From: Lama guanicoe | Taxonomy: Eukaryota | Length of the DNA: 64,000 nucleotides | Direction of reading: 5' to 3' | NCBI GenBank assembly: GCA_013239625.1 | Contig: MU057354.1 | Coordinates: 21,989,890 to 22,053,889, forward strand | Part shown: one piece after another, positions 24,530 through 37,972 of the stretch | How the letters are laid out: the number at the start of each line of letters is the position of its first letter | How positions within the stretch are numbered: position 1 is the first letter of the stretch | Position numbers and translations under genes: made by a program | Notes under the pieces: generated by a model | Seen by the model: only the letters and a program-made list of their open reading frames with translations | Database searches by the model: none | Told to the model about the DNA's origin: nothing

Positions 24530-27150
24530 AATTTTTATTTGGACATAATTTCAAAACCTTGCAAAGATAAAAAAGTAAAAGAACACCCATACACCCTTTA
24601 CCCAGATCTCCTATTGTTAATTGTTAACTTTTGCATCATTTTCATTATTTGCCCATGTATATACTTGTGTATGTATGGGTATATATATTTTTAATGAATT
24701 GAGAATAAGTTGTATACACAATGATTCTTTATTCCTAAGTACTTCAGTGTGTATTTCCTACTAATAGGGATCTTCTCTTATATAACTACAATGTATTATC
24801 CATTTGATAAATCTAACGTTGGTATAATGTCTTATCCAATCTATTACCTATATTCCAATATGTCAGTTGGCCTAATAGTATTCTTTACAACGTGTTTTCC
24901 CTTCCAGTACAGATTCTAGTCTAGAGTCAGATAATGTACTTGTCACGTATCTTTAACCTCCTTTAATCTGAAACATTTCCATAGTCTTTTTTTGTCTTTT
25001 ATGACATTAGCATTTTTGAGATACGGTCACGTGCACACACCGTTTTTGCAAGGTAGAACATTCCTCATTTTGTCTGTTGTTTTGTCACAATTAGATTGAG
25101 TTGAGCATGTTCAGCCAGTGTACTGCACAAGTGATGATGTGTGCTTTTCAGGGCATCACTGGTAGAAGCTCGCGAATTCTTCTCCCTCATTGGTGATGTT
25201 AATTTTGCTCTCTCAGTCAAGGTGTTATTTAATTTCTCCACTGTTTCCTTTTTTCCCTCCTTTGCAAATAATAAGTCTGTGGGGAGGCACTTTAAGACCA
25301 AACAAATAGCCTTCTCTTTTTCAAAATTTCCTCTTGGATTTAATATCCATTGATGATTCTTACCAGTTTTTACCTTTACCATGAGAATTGCAAAAATGAG
25401 TATTTTCCAACTCCAGCCCTCCAGTTGGCCCTTGGCATCCTATTACAAGCAAGAGACCTCCCATTTATTTCTTTATTTATCTATTTGTTATCCTCATGGC
25501 CTCATTAATTCTTTTTCCCCTCAGTGGTTTATCATTCATTACTGAATTTAATTACTTGGTGCTCAAACTGCCCTCTCCCTACTTTCTGCGCAAAACTGAG
25601 GATTTATAGTCAAAAACTTTGTCCATAAATTACTCAGATTAGTTCTCCCAAAAGTCAGAAAACTATAAAGAGGTGGAATCAGATGTTGCTCCCATCACTT
25701 CCCCCATTTTCACACACCCTAATCTTCATAGCTGCTTTCTGGTACATCCTTCCTATGTTTCTTATTGTAATGAAAAGAAAATACAGGTATCTATTTCTTC
25801 TAATTTCCCTTTTCTCTTACACAAAAGGTAGCACACTATGTATACTATACATGTTCCTGCTTTTTTCACTTCGTAATATTTCCTGGAAATCACTCCAGAT
25901 CACTTCTTAGAGATATTCCTTACTCTTTTTTTCCAGCTGCCTAACATCCATTGTATGTAAGGGTATATTTGTACTAATTATTCAGCCAGTCTCTTGTGCT
26001 TGGACATTTAGGTAGTTTCCAGTATTCTGCAGTAAATAATCCTGTACTGAATAACCTGTGCATATGTATTTTAGTATTGTTGAGGCTGTGAGGTTGAAAG
26101 GTAAATAAATACATATCTTTTCATCACATACTGCCAAATTCCCCTCCATTGGAGTTGTACTTTGGAGTTGTATCTTTTATTTTATTTTATTTTTTTACGT
26201 ATTTCCACCAGTAAGATATGAAAGTGACTACTTCTCCATAGAGTGTATTGACACACTTTTAAATTTTTGTTAATCTGATGAGCAAGAAATATCTCACCGA
26301 AGTTTTAATTTGCATTTATCATATTGTGAGTGAAACTGAACATCTTTTAATATGGCTAAGGACCATGTTTATATCTTTTTGCGAATTGTCTGTTCATGTC
26401 TTTGGCCCATTTTTCTATAGAATTCCTGTTCACTTTTTCTTCAATTTTTAAAAGTTCTTCATAAATTAGGGATATTAATACCTGGTCTCTGATATACATT
26501 GTGAATATAGTCCAGTTTGTCATATACCTTTTGACTTTGCTTATAGTGTTTTTATCATGCAAATTTATAATTTTTATGTTCAAAAACCTAAAGTTAGATT
26601 TGTCAAATGTATCTGCCTCTGGGTTTGAGTCATAGTTAGAAAGTCTTTTTCTACAGTAAACCAAAGAGAAATTCACATGTTTTCTAATATTTGTATAGTT
26701 ATATTTTTCACAGTTAGCTCTCTTATGCTCTTGGAGTTCATTCTTACGTATGGTATGAGGAATGCATCTGATTTTCTGTTTTTCTAAACAGCTATCCCAG
26801 TTGCCCCAGTACTTTTTATTATTAAAAAGACTCTCTTTGTCTAGTGATTTGAGATGCCACCTTTGTCATATTTGTATATGTAGTTGGGTCTGTTTCTGGA
26901 CTGCTTATTCCTTTCCATCCATCTGTCTTTTCATGTGCCAGTACCACACTGGTTTAACTTGGGAGACATTGTAGTATGTTTTAATACCTGACTGGGCTTA
27001 GTCCCCCTCATACTTTCTTTCCAGTTTTTCCCTAGCTATTCTTATGTGTAATTTTTTCATATGAAAATTTTATAGTCAACTCATGTAGCTGTGTAAAAAA
27101 TTCATTGCTATTTTTGTTTAGATCACATTAAATTTGTAAATTTGAGTATA
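24530..27150 (-). mobile_element. Cluster of old L1 fragments (L1MC/ME-like)
   Basis: This is extended T-rich L1 antisense text. The minus-strand ORF 26356-26676 (KVKRYMTNW...IEKWAKDMNRQF) resembles the L1 ORF2 C-terminal region. Confidence 0.65.
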
Positions 27151-27328
27151 AATAAAATAACTGGCAAAAATATGTAACTGATTCCTCTTTAGTGACTGTA
27201 ATCTAAGGAAATTTTTATAAGTTTTCTAATTTATCAACCTCTTATTTTTATTTGAAAAGCGTTTTTCACATATATGTGAAATAATATAAGGAGGTTACAT
27301 TCTGACTGGTGTTCAATTTTTATTTTAG

Positions 27329-27436
27329 ATTTCCATGGTGTCAGTAATTCATATTCCTGATAAGACTTATAAACTCTCCTGCAGAATATTATATCAATAT
27401 TTACTCCTGGCTCAAGGTCAATTTCATGATCTTAAG
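27329..27436 (+). CDS. CGRRF1: CGRRF1 coding exon 5
   Basis: The acceptor is tttttattttAG. The exon encodes ISMVSVIHIPDKTYKLSCRILYQYLLLAQGQFHDLK. The donor AAG|GTAAGT is at 27437. Confidence 0.95.
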
Positions 27437-27663
27437 GTAAGTTGTATCCTGTAGTCTTATCTCTGTCTTTTTTGTTTGCAGAATTTTAAAGTATGACTAT
27501 TTATAAAGAGATAGTAATACTTCTCAGTTAGTTATCATAGAAGTTAGCTATTATTTGCTGTTGGATTTTCTGGCTCATACATTTTTAGCAGCTCTTATGA
27601 TCCTTGGATTTGGAGAGTAATTGTCATTGTAATTATCTTTACATTTGTTTCTTTGATTTTCAG

Positions 27664-27984
27664 CAACTTTTCATGTCTGCAAATAATAATTCCACTCCCT
27701 CCAGCAGTTCCTCTCCAGAGCAAAAAAACACAGACCGGAGTTTGCTGGAAAAGGCTGGATTATCTGAAACTGAAATGGAGCCGCCGGAGGAAAATAGCAA
27801 GGACTGTGTTGTTTGCCAGAACGGGACCGTGAACTGGGTGCTCTTGCCATGTAGACACACGTGCCTATGTGATGGCTGTATTAAGTATTTTCAGCAGTGC
27901 CCAATGTGCAGGCAATTTGTTCAGGAATCTTTTGCACTTTGTAGTCAAAAAGAGCAAGATAAAGACAAATTGAAAAGTCTCTGA
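27664..27984 (+). CDS. CGRRF1: CGRRF1 coding exon 6 with C-terminal RING finger
   Basis: The acceptor is ttgattttcAG. The exon encodes QLFMSANNN...CVVCQNGTVNWVLLPCRHTCLCDGCIKYFQQCPMCRQFVQESF...LKSL followed by TGA. Confidence 0.97.
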   Translation, partial: QLFMSANNNSTPSSSSSPEQKNTDRSLLEKAGLSETEMEPPEENSKDCVVCQNGTVNWVLLPCRHTCLCDGCIKYFQQCPMCRQFVQESFALCSQKEQDKDKLKSL

Positions 27985-28442
27985 GGATATTGTCATGACT
28001 GAAAAGTATACTTTCCACTGAAGATGCAAAAATTTATGTTTTTGGAATTAATCATAACATGGAATCTACGGTGTTAACCATCAGTGAAAATTCTCTTCTA
28101 ACTTCGTACTTGTATGGTACATGGATGGTGAAAATTAATTTATTCCTTGCTGTTCAGTATGGCAAATACTGGAATCCTGTTCTGTGTTAATGCATAAAAA
28201 TTCATTCATCTCTTGAGAAGAATGTGAATATTTGGCGTTTTATCAGCTAGAGGATTTCATGTAATGTCAATTAGAAGAATTCTGAAAAGCAATCCACCTA
28301 AAATTTGAGGAAGTAAAAGTCTTAAGATTTCTGAATGTTTTTCCTTTGACATAATCTGAAGTGCAATTGGGTAAAAACTGAATTCTTCTTACAGTAATTT
28401 TATGTTCCCTGGTTTACAAAAGAGTTAGAAAGGGGTTATAAT

Positions 28443-28875
28443 ATTAAATCCTTTCCTGAAATATCAGTTTCTATAAATATCCATCTGTTTGGCTTCTAAT
28501 TTTCCTGATAATCATAGTCACATAAACACAATTATTTATGTTAATTTTTAAATATAGCTTCTTAAATCATATATGCAAGATATAATTCTTAACTGTTCTC
28601 AGTGTGTCATGGATTAAAATGATACTCATTTATAGGAAGCAGATATATAAAAAATGGATAATAAAATTTCTTGGATAATTAAATTTATTGTCAAATATGA
28701 TTAGATTAGTAGAATGTGACCTACCAGGGAAGATCTGTGACACTTGCAATGCCTTACCTTAGATTTCCTCCTGTACAATGAATTCATACAAAATTGGAGG
28801 GGTTTAAGAGCCAGAAAAATCACCATAGGAAACAAAGAACTGTTTTTTTCTAGTGTGTTTTTTATTCCAAATAAA
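28443..28875 (+). terminator. CGRRF1: Candidate CGRRF1 polyadenylation signals
   Basis: ATTAAA occurs at 28443 and 28613 and AATAAA at 28660 and 28870 in the AT-rich 3'UTR. Which one is used cannot be told from sequence alone. Confidence 0.45.
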
Positions 28876-29659
28876 CCCCATATCCTTCCAAATAGTAAAT
28901 CACTTTGTTCATTCCTTGTTACATCCTCTTTAAGAGTTGAGGAACCTGATAGTCAAAAAAAGCCCCATTCCCTGTTTTTCCCAAGATGACTAAGAAGAAA
29001 AAGGTAAATCAGAACTTCCTGTTTCTTCAGTGGAAATTACCTTCGACTCACCAAGAAATTATATCACAGCAAATAAACTGTGACATGCAGGGAGATTTCC
29101 AAGCCTTTTTTGTCCTGTTTGTGTTAAGAACAATGCCTTATCTTTGTATTAGTGTTTTTACATAATATCATTTCATTCCCATCAAATATAGCACTCTCAA
29201 AAAGACATTTCCTATTCTCCATTTTAGAAACTGAATCAAATTTCTTCTATGTTCAACAGCTATGTAATAAATACCTTCTAGGGGCCAGGTACCTTTTGGG
29301 AGCCTGGGCTACAAAGAATCAGAAAAGGCTCCTGACCTCAAAGTACTCGTGCCTAAAAGAAGCATTAACGGCTTCATAGAGCACATCCCCATGTCAGAAA
29401 CTCCTAAGGCCCTGTTCTAACCCTGGCCCTGGAAGCAGGGTAGTCAAAAGCTACAGTCCCTGCAGCTGTTGGCTAGCCGTGGAGCAGTTTGTCTAGGAAA
29501 TTCACTGTGGGTAAATTAGGGGAATACTCGGGGATCATTTCCCTTGTCTGATCCATCCTGCTTCCCCTTACAGTTCTGTTTATACCTAAACTGTCCTAGA
29601 CACATGGTTGCTTTTTGTTCTGTCATAGATCCCACCTGCAATCTTATTCCATTTTTCAT

Positions 29660-30220
29660 AACTTTTTTATTGTAGTAAAAATATACATAACATAAAATTT
29701 ACCATTTTAACCATTAAAAAATTTTTCTGGGGTGGGGAGGTAATTAGGTTTACATATTTATTTTTTAGAGGAGGTACTGGGGATTGAACCCAGGACTTCA
29801 TGTGTGCTAAGTATGCACTCTACCACTTGAGCTATACCCTCCCCCCATTTTAACAATTCTTAGATATTCAGTGGCATAAAGTACTTTCACATTGTTGTAT
29901 AACCACTACCAGCCTCCATCTTCAGAATTTTTCCATTATCCCAAACTGAAACTATATCCATCAAATAGTAACTCCCCATCACCCCTCCCTTCAACCCCTG
30001 GGCAACTACCATTATATTTTCTGTCTGTATGAATTTGACTATTCCAGGTACTTCATATGCAATATTTATCCTTCTGTATCTGGCTTATTTCATACAGTAT
30101 AGTATTTTTAAGTTTCTTCTATATTGCAGCATGAATCAGAATTTACTTCCTTTTTAAAGCTGAATAATATTCCATTGTATGTATATATCACATTTTGTTT
30201 TATCCATTCACCCATCATTT
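29660..30220 (-). mobile_element. L1 3' end (L1MB-like) hosting a SINE
   Basis: Canonical L1MB antisense text is present (aacataaaatttaccattttaacc, cccaaactgaaactatatcc, gctgaataatattccattgtatgtat). Confidence 0.7.
29716..29844 (-). mobile_element. tRNA-Ala-derived SINE (camelid vic-1-like)
   Basis: It belongs to the same family as 13017-13109 (gaggtactggggattgaacccaggac...gagctataccctcccc). The 14-bp TSD CCATTTTAA(C/C)(C/A)ATT lies at 29702-29715 and 29845-29858 with one mismatch. Confidence 0.85.
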
Positions 30221-31929
30221 TTCATAACTCTTAAAGATGATTTGCCCTTAGCTCCCTTTCCTGCAACTAAAGTAATTGTTTTTCCTGCCCCTGCTAGTAG
30301 TAAATAGGAGGAATTTGGTAAGTAATCAAGTAAAAATAAGTACCCTGACTCTTAGAGGCCTATGTCAGAATTTGCCAATAGCAGTGAATAATGGACATCT
30401 TGTGAGAACATCTATAAAAGCATTTATTTGAATGGATCATTAGATAAATAAAACATCTGATTTATATAGAGTAGTTGGTACATTGCAAAAATCTGAACCA
30501 GGGCTACATTAAGCAGATTTGATAGGTGACTAGCCACCTCTTTCAGTGACCCTTTCTTCCCAACTTGGTACCTATGAGGGTTCTTAATGTATAAACTAGC
30601 TCTAGGGGAGGAACTTAAAAACGGTTACTTAAAGATTCAACGCAAGTCATTGAATTATCTCCCACTGTGCCTATTGTTAAAGCCTGTCCGTTAATTGTGG
30701 AATGAAGAGTTTTGTCTTGGTTTGGAAATTTGAAGCATCAATACAGATAATCTGGGGTTTAGGAATGGTAGGTGGAAGTGATTTCAGCCTCCTCTATTCA
30801 GTCCTGCTTCAGACGGGCCCTGTTCCACTGGATAATTCCCTAACTCCATTACCTAGATTTTGAACACTGAATTCCCCTCTCTTTCCATATTTCTGTATGT
30901 TATAATTCTCCTGAATCTTTTCTTTCTTGACACCGTGACCTCTTAAGTCCTCAGTCCCTGAGTCTATTCTGATCATTCATTAACTTGCTCCTGGATTCCT
31001 CCTCAACTATTTCAAATGTGTTATCATCTTAGCTTGCTTTCTTGACCTCTCCACTCTACCTGCCCTAGCAACCCAAAAGTTTGGCTTTACTCAACTATAT
31101 TTCTTTACTGCTGAACCAATTAATGGAGTCTACCATGAAGCCTTGTTGTTTAGTTGTTTCTAGGTTTTCACTGCTGCTCAACAATCTTTTTACTGATTTC
31201 CTAATGGACCCTCTACCGAACTCCCAATAGCTATTTCTCTTTCACTCTTCTCAAGTTCTGTTACCCATCATTGCTGTTACCACTTTCAGCAAAGAAGCTT
31301 CAAAAGGTATGTTAAGATGATAGACGCCAAAGTCATGTATCTTGGTTTTTACCCCAGCTCTGCCACTTTTCCTTTGGACAGGTTACTTAACCTCACTCTA
31401 ATCAGTTTCCTCATCTATAAAAATAGTGATAATAGAACCTATCTCTAGGCTGTTGAAAGCTTTATACCAGTTAATATGTGTGCAGTGCTTAGACCCGGTC
31501 ATAGCAGATAGCAAGCTCTGTGTGTGACAGGTATTACTGTTACTACTTTGTTCAGATGTTCAGTCAGTAGACATAATTTTCTCTCTTCCCCAAAAGAGGA
31601 GGTAGATTATATCTACTTTTGAGGCCAACACTACTTGTGTTCTTGACCTCATCTCTGTTTGCTCCCTGAACTCATTTCATTATTGATTCAGTAATTAAAT
31701 AATTACTGAGTGCCCAAGACATTACATTGGTGGGCATGAGAATATAGCAGTGAATAAAACAGGCAAAAACCCTTGCCTTGATGGAGCTTATATTCTAGTA
31801 GAGAGAGAGAGACAAATTAGTAAATGATATAGTATATCAGATGGAGGTTAAGTGCTATGGAGAAAATCAAAGCTGGGATGGGTGAGTAGGGAATGTGAAG
31901 ACTGGAAGTGAGGTTTCCATTTCAAAGTC

Positions 31930-33440
31930 TCTAAAATGTACCATCCTAACCATTTAAAAATGTACAGTTCAGTCATGTTAAGTATATCAAACACATTGTT
32001 GCCCAATAGCTCTCTAGAAATTTTTCACCTTGCAAAACTGAAACTCTATAGCTATTAAACAACAGCTNNNNNNNNNNNNNNNNNNNNNNNNNNNNNNNNN
32101 NNNNNNNNNNNNNNNNNNNNNNNNNNNNNNNNNNNNNNNNNNNNNNNNNNNNNNNNNNNNNNNNNNNNNNNNNNNNNNNNNNNNNNNNNNNNNNNNNNNN
32201 NNNNNNNCCCATTTTATTTTATTTATTTTTAAAATATATTTTTATTGACATATAGTCAGCTTACAATGTGTCAATTTCTGGAGTACAGCACAATACTTCA
32301 GTCATATAACAACATGCATGTATTTGTTTTCATATTCTTCTTCACCATAAGTTATTACAAGATATTGAATATAGTTACACTGTGCTCTACAGTATAAATT
32401 TGTTGTTTATCTATTATATATATATATTAGTTAGTATCTGCAAATCTCGAACTCCTGATTTATCCTTTCCCACTCCTTCCCCCCTTGGTAACCATAAGTT
32501 TGTTTTCTATGTCTGTGAGTCTATNNNNNNNNNNNNNNNNNNNNNNNNNNNNNNNNNNNNNNNNNNNNNNNNNNNNNNNNNNNNNNNNNNNNNNNNNNNN
32601 NNNNNNNNNNNNNNNNNNNNNNNNNNNNNNNNNNNNNNNNNNNNNNNNNNNNNNNNNNNNNNNNNNNNNNNNNNNNNNNNNNNNNNNNNNNNNNNNNNNN
32701 NNNNNNNNNNNNNNNNNNNNNNNNNNNNNNNNNNNNNNNNNNNNNNNNNNNNNNNNNNNNNNNNNNNNNNNNNNNNNNNNNNNNNNNNNNNNNNNNNNNN
32801 NNNNNNNNNNNNNNNNNTTTTTAAATTAACGTTCCCTCTGGATATATGCCCAGGAGTGGGATTCCTGGATCATATGGTAAGTCTATTTTTAGTCTTTTGA
32901 GTAATCTCCATTCAGATCTTTTACCCATTTTAAAACTAAGTTGACTTTTTGTTACTGACTTATAAGAGTTTATATTCTAGGAACAAGTCCTTTATCAGCT
33001 ATATGATTTACAAATATTTGCTCCCATTCTGTGGGCTTTCTTTATGGTGCCCTTTGAAGCATAAACATTTTTAATATTTTTCAATCCAACTTACCTATTT
33101 TTTCTTTTGTTACTGTACTTTTGTTGTCATATCTAAGATTGCTTCGCCTAGCTCAAGGTCACAAAGATTTACTCCTATGTTTTCTTCTAAGGGTTTTATC
33201 ATTTAGGTCTATAATCAATTTCGAGCTGAATTTTGTATATGGTGTTAGGAAGGGAGTTCAACCTCATTCTTTTGCAAGTGGAAATCCTCAGCAGAATATT
33301 AGGAAACCAAATTCAACAATACATTAAAAGAATCATACACCATGATCAAATGGAATTTATTCCAGGGATGCAAGGATGGTTCAACACATGCAAATCTATC
33401 AGTGTGACAAAGTATAAAAGTCATATGATCAAATCTTAAA
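31930..33440 (-). mobile_element. L1 with nested younger L1 (about 32210-32910) and an inverted ORF2 segment (about 33275-33440, + strand)
   Basis: Antisense L1 text switches abruptly to sense ORF2 RT sequence, [41 protein letters not shown]. Confidence 0.7.
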
Positions 33441-34086
33441 GGTATTAAAGAATTGCTGCAGTAATTTTAAACAGAGCAATATAATCAGATATGCATTTTA
33501 GAAATGTCGGTATTGGAAGTGCTTTGAAAGGAGCAACATACAAAGTGGAGTTAAGAGGAAACAAGCCTTGTCAAGAGGATGGGCACAGCATGTTGGATAC
33601 AAGGGACAAAAAGCAAAAAGCGAGAAAGAGCTCAGGTGTCAGAGGAAGAGAGAAAAGGCTTGAGTGACTGGAGGTGAATAAATGAGGAGGAGCAAAGTGG
33701 ATGAGGTGGGAGAGAGGGCAGGCCTTGTTGCCATGGGCAGGAGTCAGGGGAGTCTTAGGCAGTGAGAAGACATTGGAGCGTCAAAGCAGGGAGGTAACCT
33801 TGTTCTTTTAAAAGAGTTTCACTTTTAAAAGACTGAGGGGGAATGTACTTGGGGAGAACCAAAGGGGCAGAACCAGGGGTTCAGTTTTGGACATTTGAAA
33901 TTTGAGTTGTGATGTTAAGCCTACCTTGTTTTGGGGGTTTTCTGTTTTTATTTACTCTAAACTGTCTTTATCATACCTATGTCCTAGAGAAATGCTGCAA
34001 ATCCACACCAGGCACTTGACGGAGTCAACTAGTCAGGTTAGGGGAGGAGGAATAGCTGTGGTATTCTTCTGATTCTCTGAGCACAT

Positions 34087-34684
34087 TGTATTTGTGCCAA
34101 CAATTAAGCTATCACCTCTTGGCTGCAAACCCACCATTTGTGATACCGGGCTAGGACTCTGCAAACCACACTTTATGCTTTGCAGCGGGCTCCCTATGAG
34201 GCTTTGCAAATTGGAGCAACAGAGGGAGGCTGGAAGATAAGAGGAAGAAGGGGTTTGCTCCTTCCTGCTTGTTCCTGTGGGCTTCCTGTTCCTGTGAGCA
34301 TCCCCCAGCCTCACTTCTTTACCTTGGCAATGGTGGTTGGTTCCAGGAGTAGCAGTTGAATCCAGATCACAGTTCTCCCAGCGTTTGTCGAACCTGCTTT
34401 CTCACCCCCCAACTTAGGATTCCAGCCCCTGTTTAGCAGCGCCCCTTCTCAGAGGTATGAGTGTTTCAGCTCTGAGGGGCCCCTCCTCCAAACTTCTAAA
34501 TTTTTATAATTCCAATCTCTTTACTTGGTTTCCCCAGCCCTGCGGATGGTAGTAACTTCCTGCAGTTACTACCTGTGAGACACCGTCACGTTTTTTTCAA
34601 CTTTTCAGTTAACAATGCTTTATACTCATGACCTCTGACAAAATAATTGGTGTTTTCTTTCTCCTGGCTACTCTAATTGATAAA
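34087..34684 (+). mobile_element. LTR41-like solo LTR
   Basis: It starts TGTATTTGTGCCAAC and aligns by eye along its length with the LTRs at 6180 and 8369. Confidence 0.75.
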
Positions 34685-35899
34685 ATTAGATATTACTTTC
34701 TAGATACCTGGCTCAGTTTACCAAGGTAGGCAGAAAACTGAGACCAACTGAGGTTAAATAACCCATATTACACACCTATTAGGTGGCAGAGCTTGGATTT
34801 GAATCCAGTTCTGCTTTGCTGTGTTTTGCCTGAAGCTTGTGCTCTTAATCACAAGTCACCTTTCTACATTGTCTGAAAAACACACTGAGCTGTGTTTTTT
34901 CAACATTGAACTGTAGGTACAATTTTACAATTCTTTCATCATTTTTATTGCTTTTCTTGAACCCATGATCAGACTCAGCATTTCCCCAAACATATCTCAG
35001 GCAACACCAAACGACAAGACCTGTGAAGAATGTGTCTGGGCTCAGTTAAGTGTAGGACCTGCCACATACTGTACTTTCCAGAAGAAGCACAATGAGCATG
35101 AGCATAATGAAGGCTCTGAGAAATCTTGCAATGAAACTTAAATGTGTAGCCAGGCAGTTTCTCATTCATTTTCTGACTGGGAACGTTCCAAGGATGTGGA
35201 AAATGTGGGATTAATCAATATTTAACGTATCCTGTGTAACAGCAGTACCTGGTTAGAAGAAAGTTGTTGGTGCCAGCAGTCTCGGGATGTTCTCATCATA
35301 CAGAGGTTGCTTTAGAGAATAATAGAGAAGGCGAGTCTGATCTTTGTTTAGATGATAGAAATATGACTTTAGATTTGTACAGTTAAAAGTTTCAGCTATT
35401 TAAAACTGTGGCCACATTTCAATTGCACTTTCAGTTAGAAAAGATACTGGCAGTTCTTGAATCAACAACAGAGATCAGAATAAGAATGAGTAATTTTTAC
35501 TTTCATGCCAATCTGGGGCAAGTTATCCCTCTAAAAGGTTTAAGCTCCCACTTTTGTAATCCTGAGCTATAAAATCCTGTAAACAGGAGTAGTTTTGCAA
35601 TGCTTACATTTAACATTCTGACTATTTATTTGAAAATGTACCTATGACACCTTATAAGATGTTTTACTGTAAAAAAAAAACCCTGTAATTAATACTTCAC
35701 ATACTTGTTTATTTTTAAGAAGTGTGGACCCACTTGAAATTGTGGTTCAATTGCTTGTATTTACATTTTATTTAAGTACCTATTAATTGGTTTGGATTAT
35801 ACTCTTCAGATTGAGTCAAAAAGACAGTGTACCTGACTAAATGTTCTATAAACCAGAGTTCATCCTTCTTATCTAGCTCCATTCTAGAGAAAGCTGTCT

Positions 35900-36296
35900 C
35901 AAAAGCTTTCTTCATGCAATACTAATCGTTTTTAAAAGGAATAGAATTTCGACACATGCCACAAAATGGAGAAACCTTGAAAATATGCTAAGTGAAAGAA
36001 GCCAGACACAAAAGGACAATATTGTATAAGCCCACTTATATGATGTACCTAGAATAGGCAAATTCATAGAAACAGAAAGTAGAATAGTGGTTAACAGAGA
36101 CTGAGGCGAGGGAGGAATGGGGATTTATTAACATGTATAGAATTTCAGTTTGGGATAGTGAAAAAGGTCTGGAAACAGATAATCGGTGATGGTTATACAA
36201 ACAATGTGCATGTACTTAATGCAATTGTATTTTATATTCAAGAATGGTTAAAAGGGTAACCTTTATGTTATGTATCTTTTGTCACAATAAAAAAAA
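35900..36296 (+). mobile_element. L1MB-like 3' end
   Basis: The text atgctaagtgaaagaagccagacacaaaaggac...gtcacaataaaaaaa is an L1 3'UTR with its A tail. Confidence 0.75.
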
Positions 36297-37945
36297 TCCC
36301 CCCTTTTTCATGGATGCAACATGTCCCTCCAATTCTTATTCGTGTTTGACTCCTGAAGAATAAATAATCACACCTGTCATAGCCTTTGGGTAGAGGCATT
36401 CTATTTACCTAAAACTAGGTTTAAGTCTTTTTTTTTTTCCCGTGAAAGTATTCTCTAAATTGAAGCACTGAAAAAAAAATTGAGAACGATCCCGAGAGTG
36501 GTAAGAACTACAGTGAAAAGTGAAAGCTGATTCCTCATGAGTCCCACTATTTTACCTGAGCCCCCCTCCCCCCCCACACCAACTCTGCCTGGCCAGGGTT
36601 ACCCTGGGCCAGCCAGCAGCCAGGATCCCACTGGTATAGAAACATGCTAGGGATACAGGAAATTGGTGTGGCCATTACTACTCTGCCCCAGGCAAAGAGA
36701 ACACCGGCTTTCTATCCGGACGTGTGCCCCTGCCAACACTGAGATATTTCTGAACTTCTTCTAATGAGATCTGAACTCAAGTTTAGTCTCCCTAAGCCGC
36801 GGCTCTCGGGCCTCACCCAGCTTGCCTTTCACTGTTGCTATCTTAGCAGACCTGACTCCTGATTTAGCCTTCCCACATTCCATCTGTCACCCGTTCTGCA
36901 GTTTCTTCCTCCACATCTCTCTTCATCCCCTCAAATCCCGATTCAAGCCCTGGCAATCCCATCGTAGGCCTTATTACATGGCTTTTGAGAGGACATGTCT
37001 TTGAAGGATGAATAAAGCATGTTTTTCTGGGAGGCAGACCCAAAATGTAAATTAGCTGAATTAACATACTCTAATTTGTGCATACAAAGAAGGAAAACTA
37101 ATATAAATCATGTACCTACTACAGGCCAAGTACTGTGCCAGTTATTTTCAGACCTCCTAACAAGCTTACGAATGGAAGCATTACAATTATTTTAAACTAA
37201 TATTCTTAAACAGAAACTACTCCACTGTAGCTATGCCTACTCTTCAGAAAGCATACTATATCCTAGTGACAAATATTACAGAGCTAGAGTTCTATCTGAT
37301 GCAGATGCCAGCTTGGCTCACTTTCAGTCAGTCTTCAAATTTCCTCCCTCCTGGGCACTTTTCATAGTCATTCCTTCTCTATATCTTGGCTGGAATAGCC
37401 CAATCTTGCCTGCATGCTCATGAGCGGTTCTGCACCTTTCCTGAGTCCAGGGTACAGAGAACCACCTGGGCTTGTCTCCATCAACCAAGAAATGGCTTCC
37501 CTGCCTTCATGCTTCTCACTCACCTGAATCCCATTCCTCCCAGATTACTGTCTAATCATCCTTTCTTTGGAAGTTAGAATTTGCACTAAAACTCCTTTTC
37601 CAAGTGATGTGGATATTTAGTACTTGCTAGCCACTTCTCATTTCTCCTGGAAAACTGGTAGGTTCACACAGGAAAAGTCCACATTTAAGGCAAAAACATA
37701 TATTTAGCTGATAGTATTACCTTCCTTCCTTCAGTCCTGAATTCACTCTGTGAGGAATAAAGAACATCACTGGGTTTTATCTCCACTTCCTTTACTGTCA
37801 GGGAAAAGGCCCAGAGGCAAGAGAAATCACAATTATTGTGAACCCACAAAAAAGAGGCGGGCTTGCAATTCATGTCATGCTTCTCTTTGTATTTCTTAAA
37901 AAATAAGCTAATTAGATCTTTTCCTAGGTCAAAGGCTGCTGTAAG

Positions 37946-37972
37946 CAATATACTTTCCCAGTAGGTGGCAGT
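37946..37972 (+). promoter_or_regulatory. CTCF motif (core plus upstream module)
   Basis: The core CCAGTAGGTGGCAGT (37958-37972) fits CCASYAGRKGGCRS. It is preceded by GCAATATAC, which resembles the ZF9-11 upstream motif. Confidence 0.65.
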
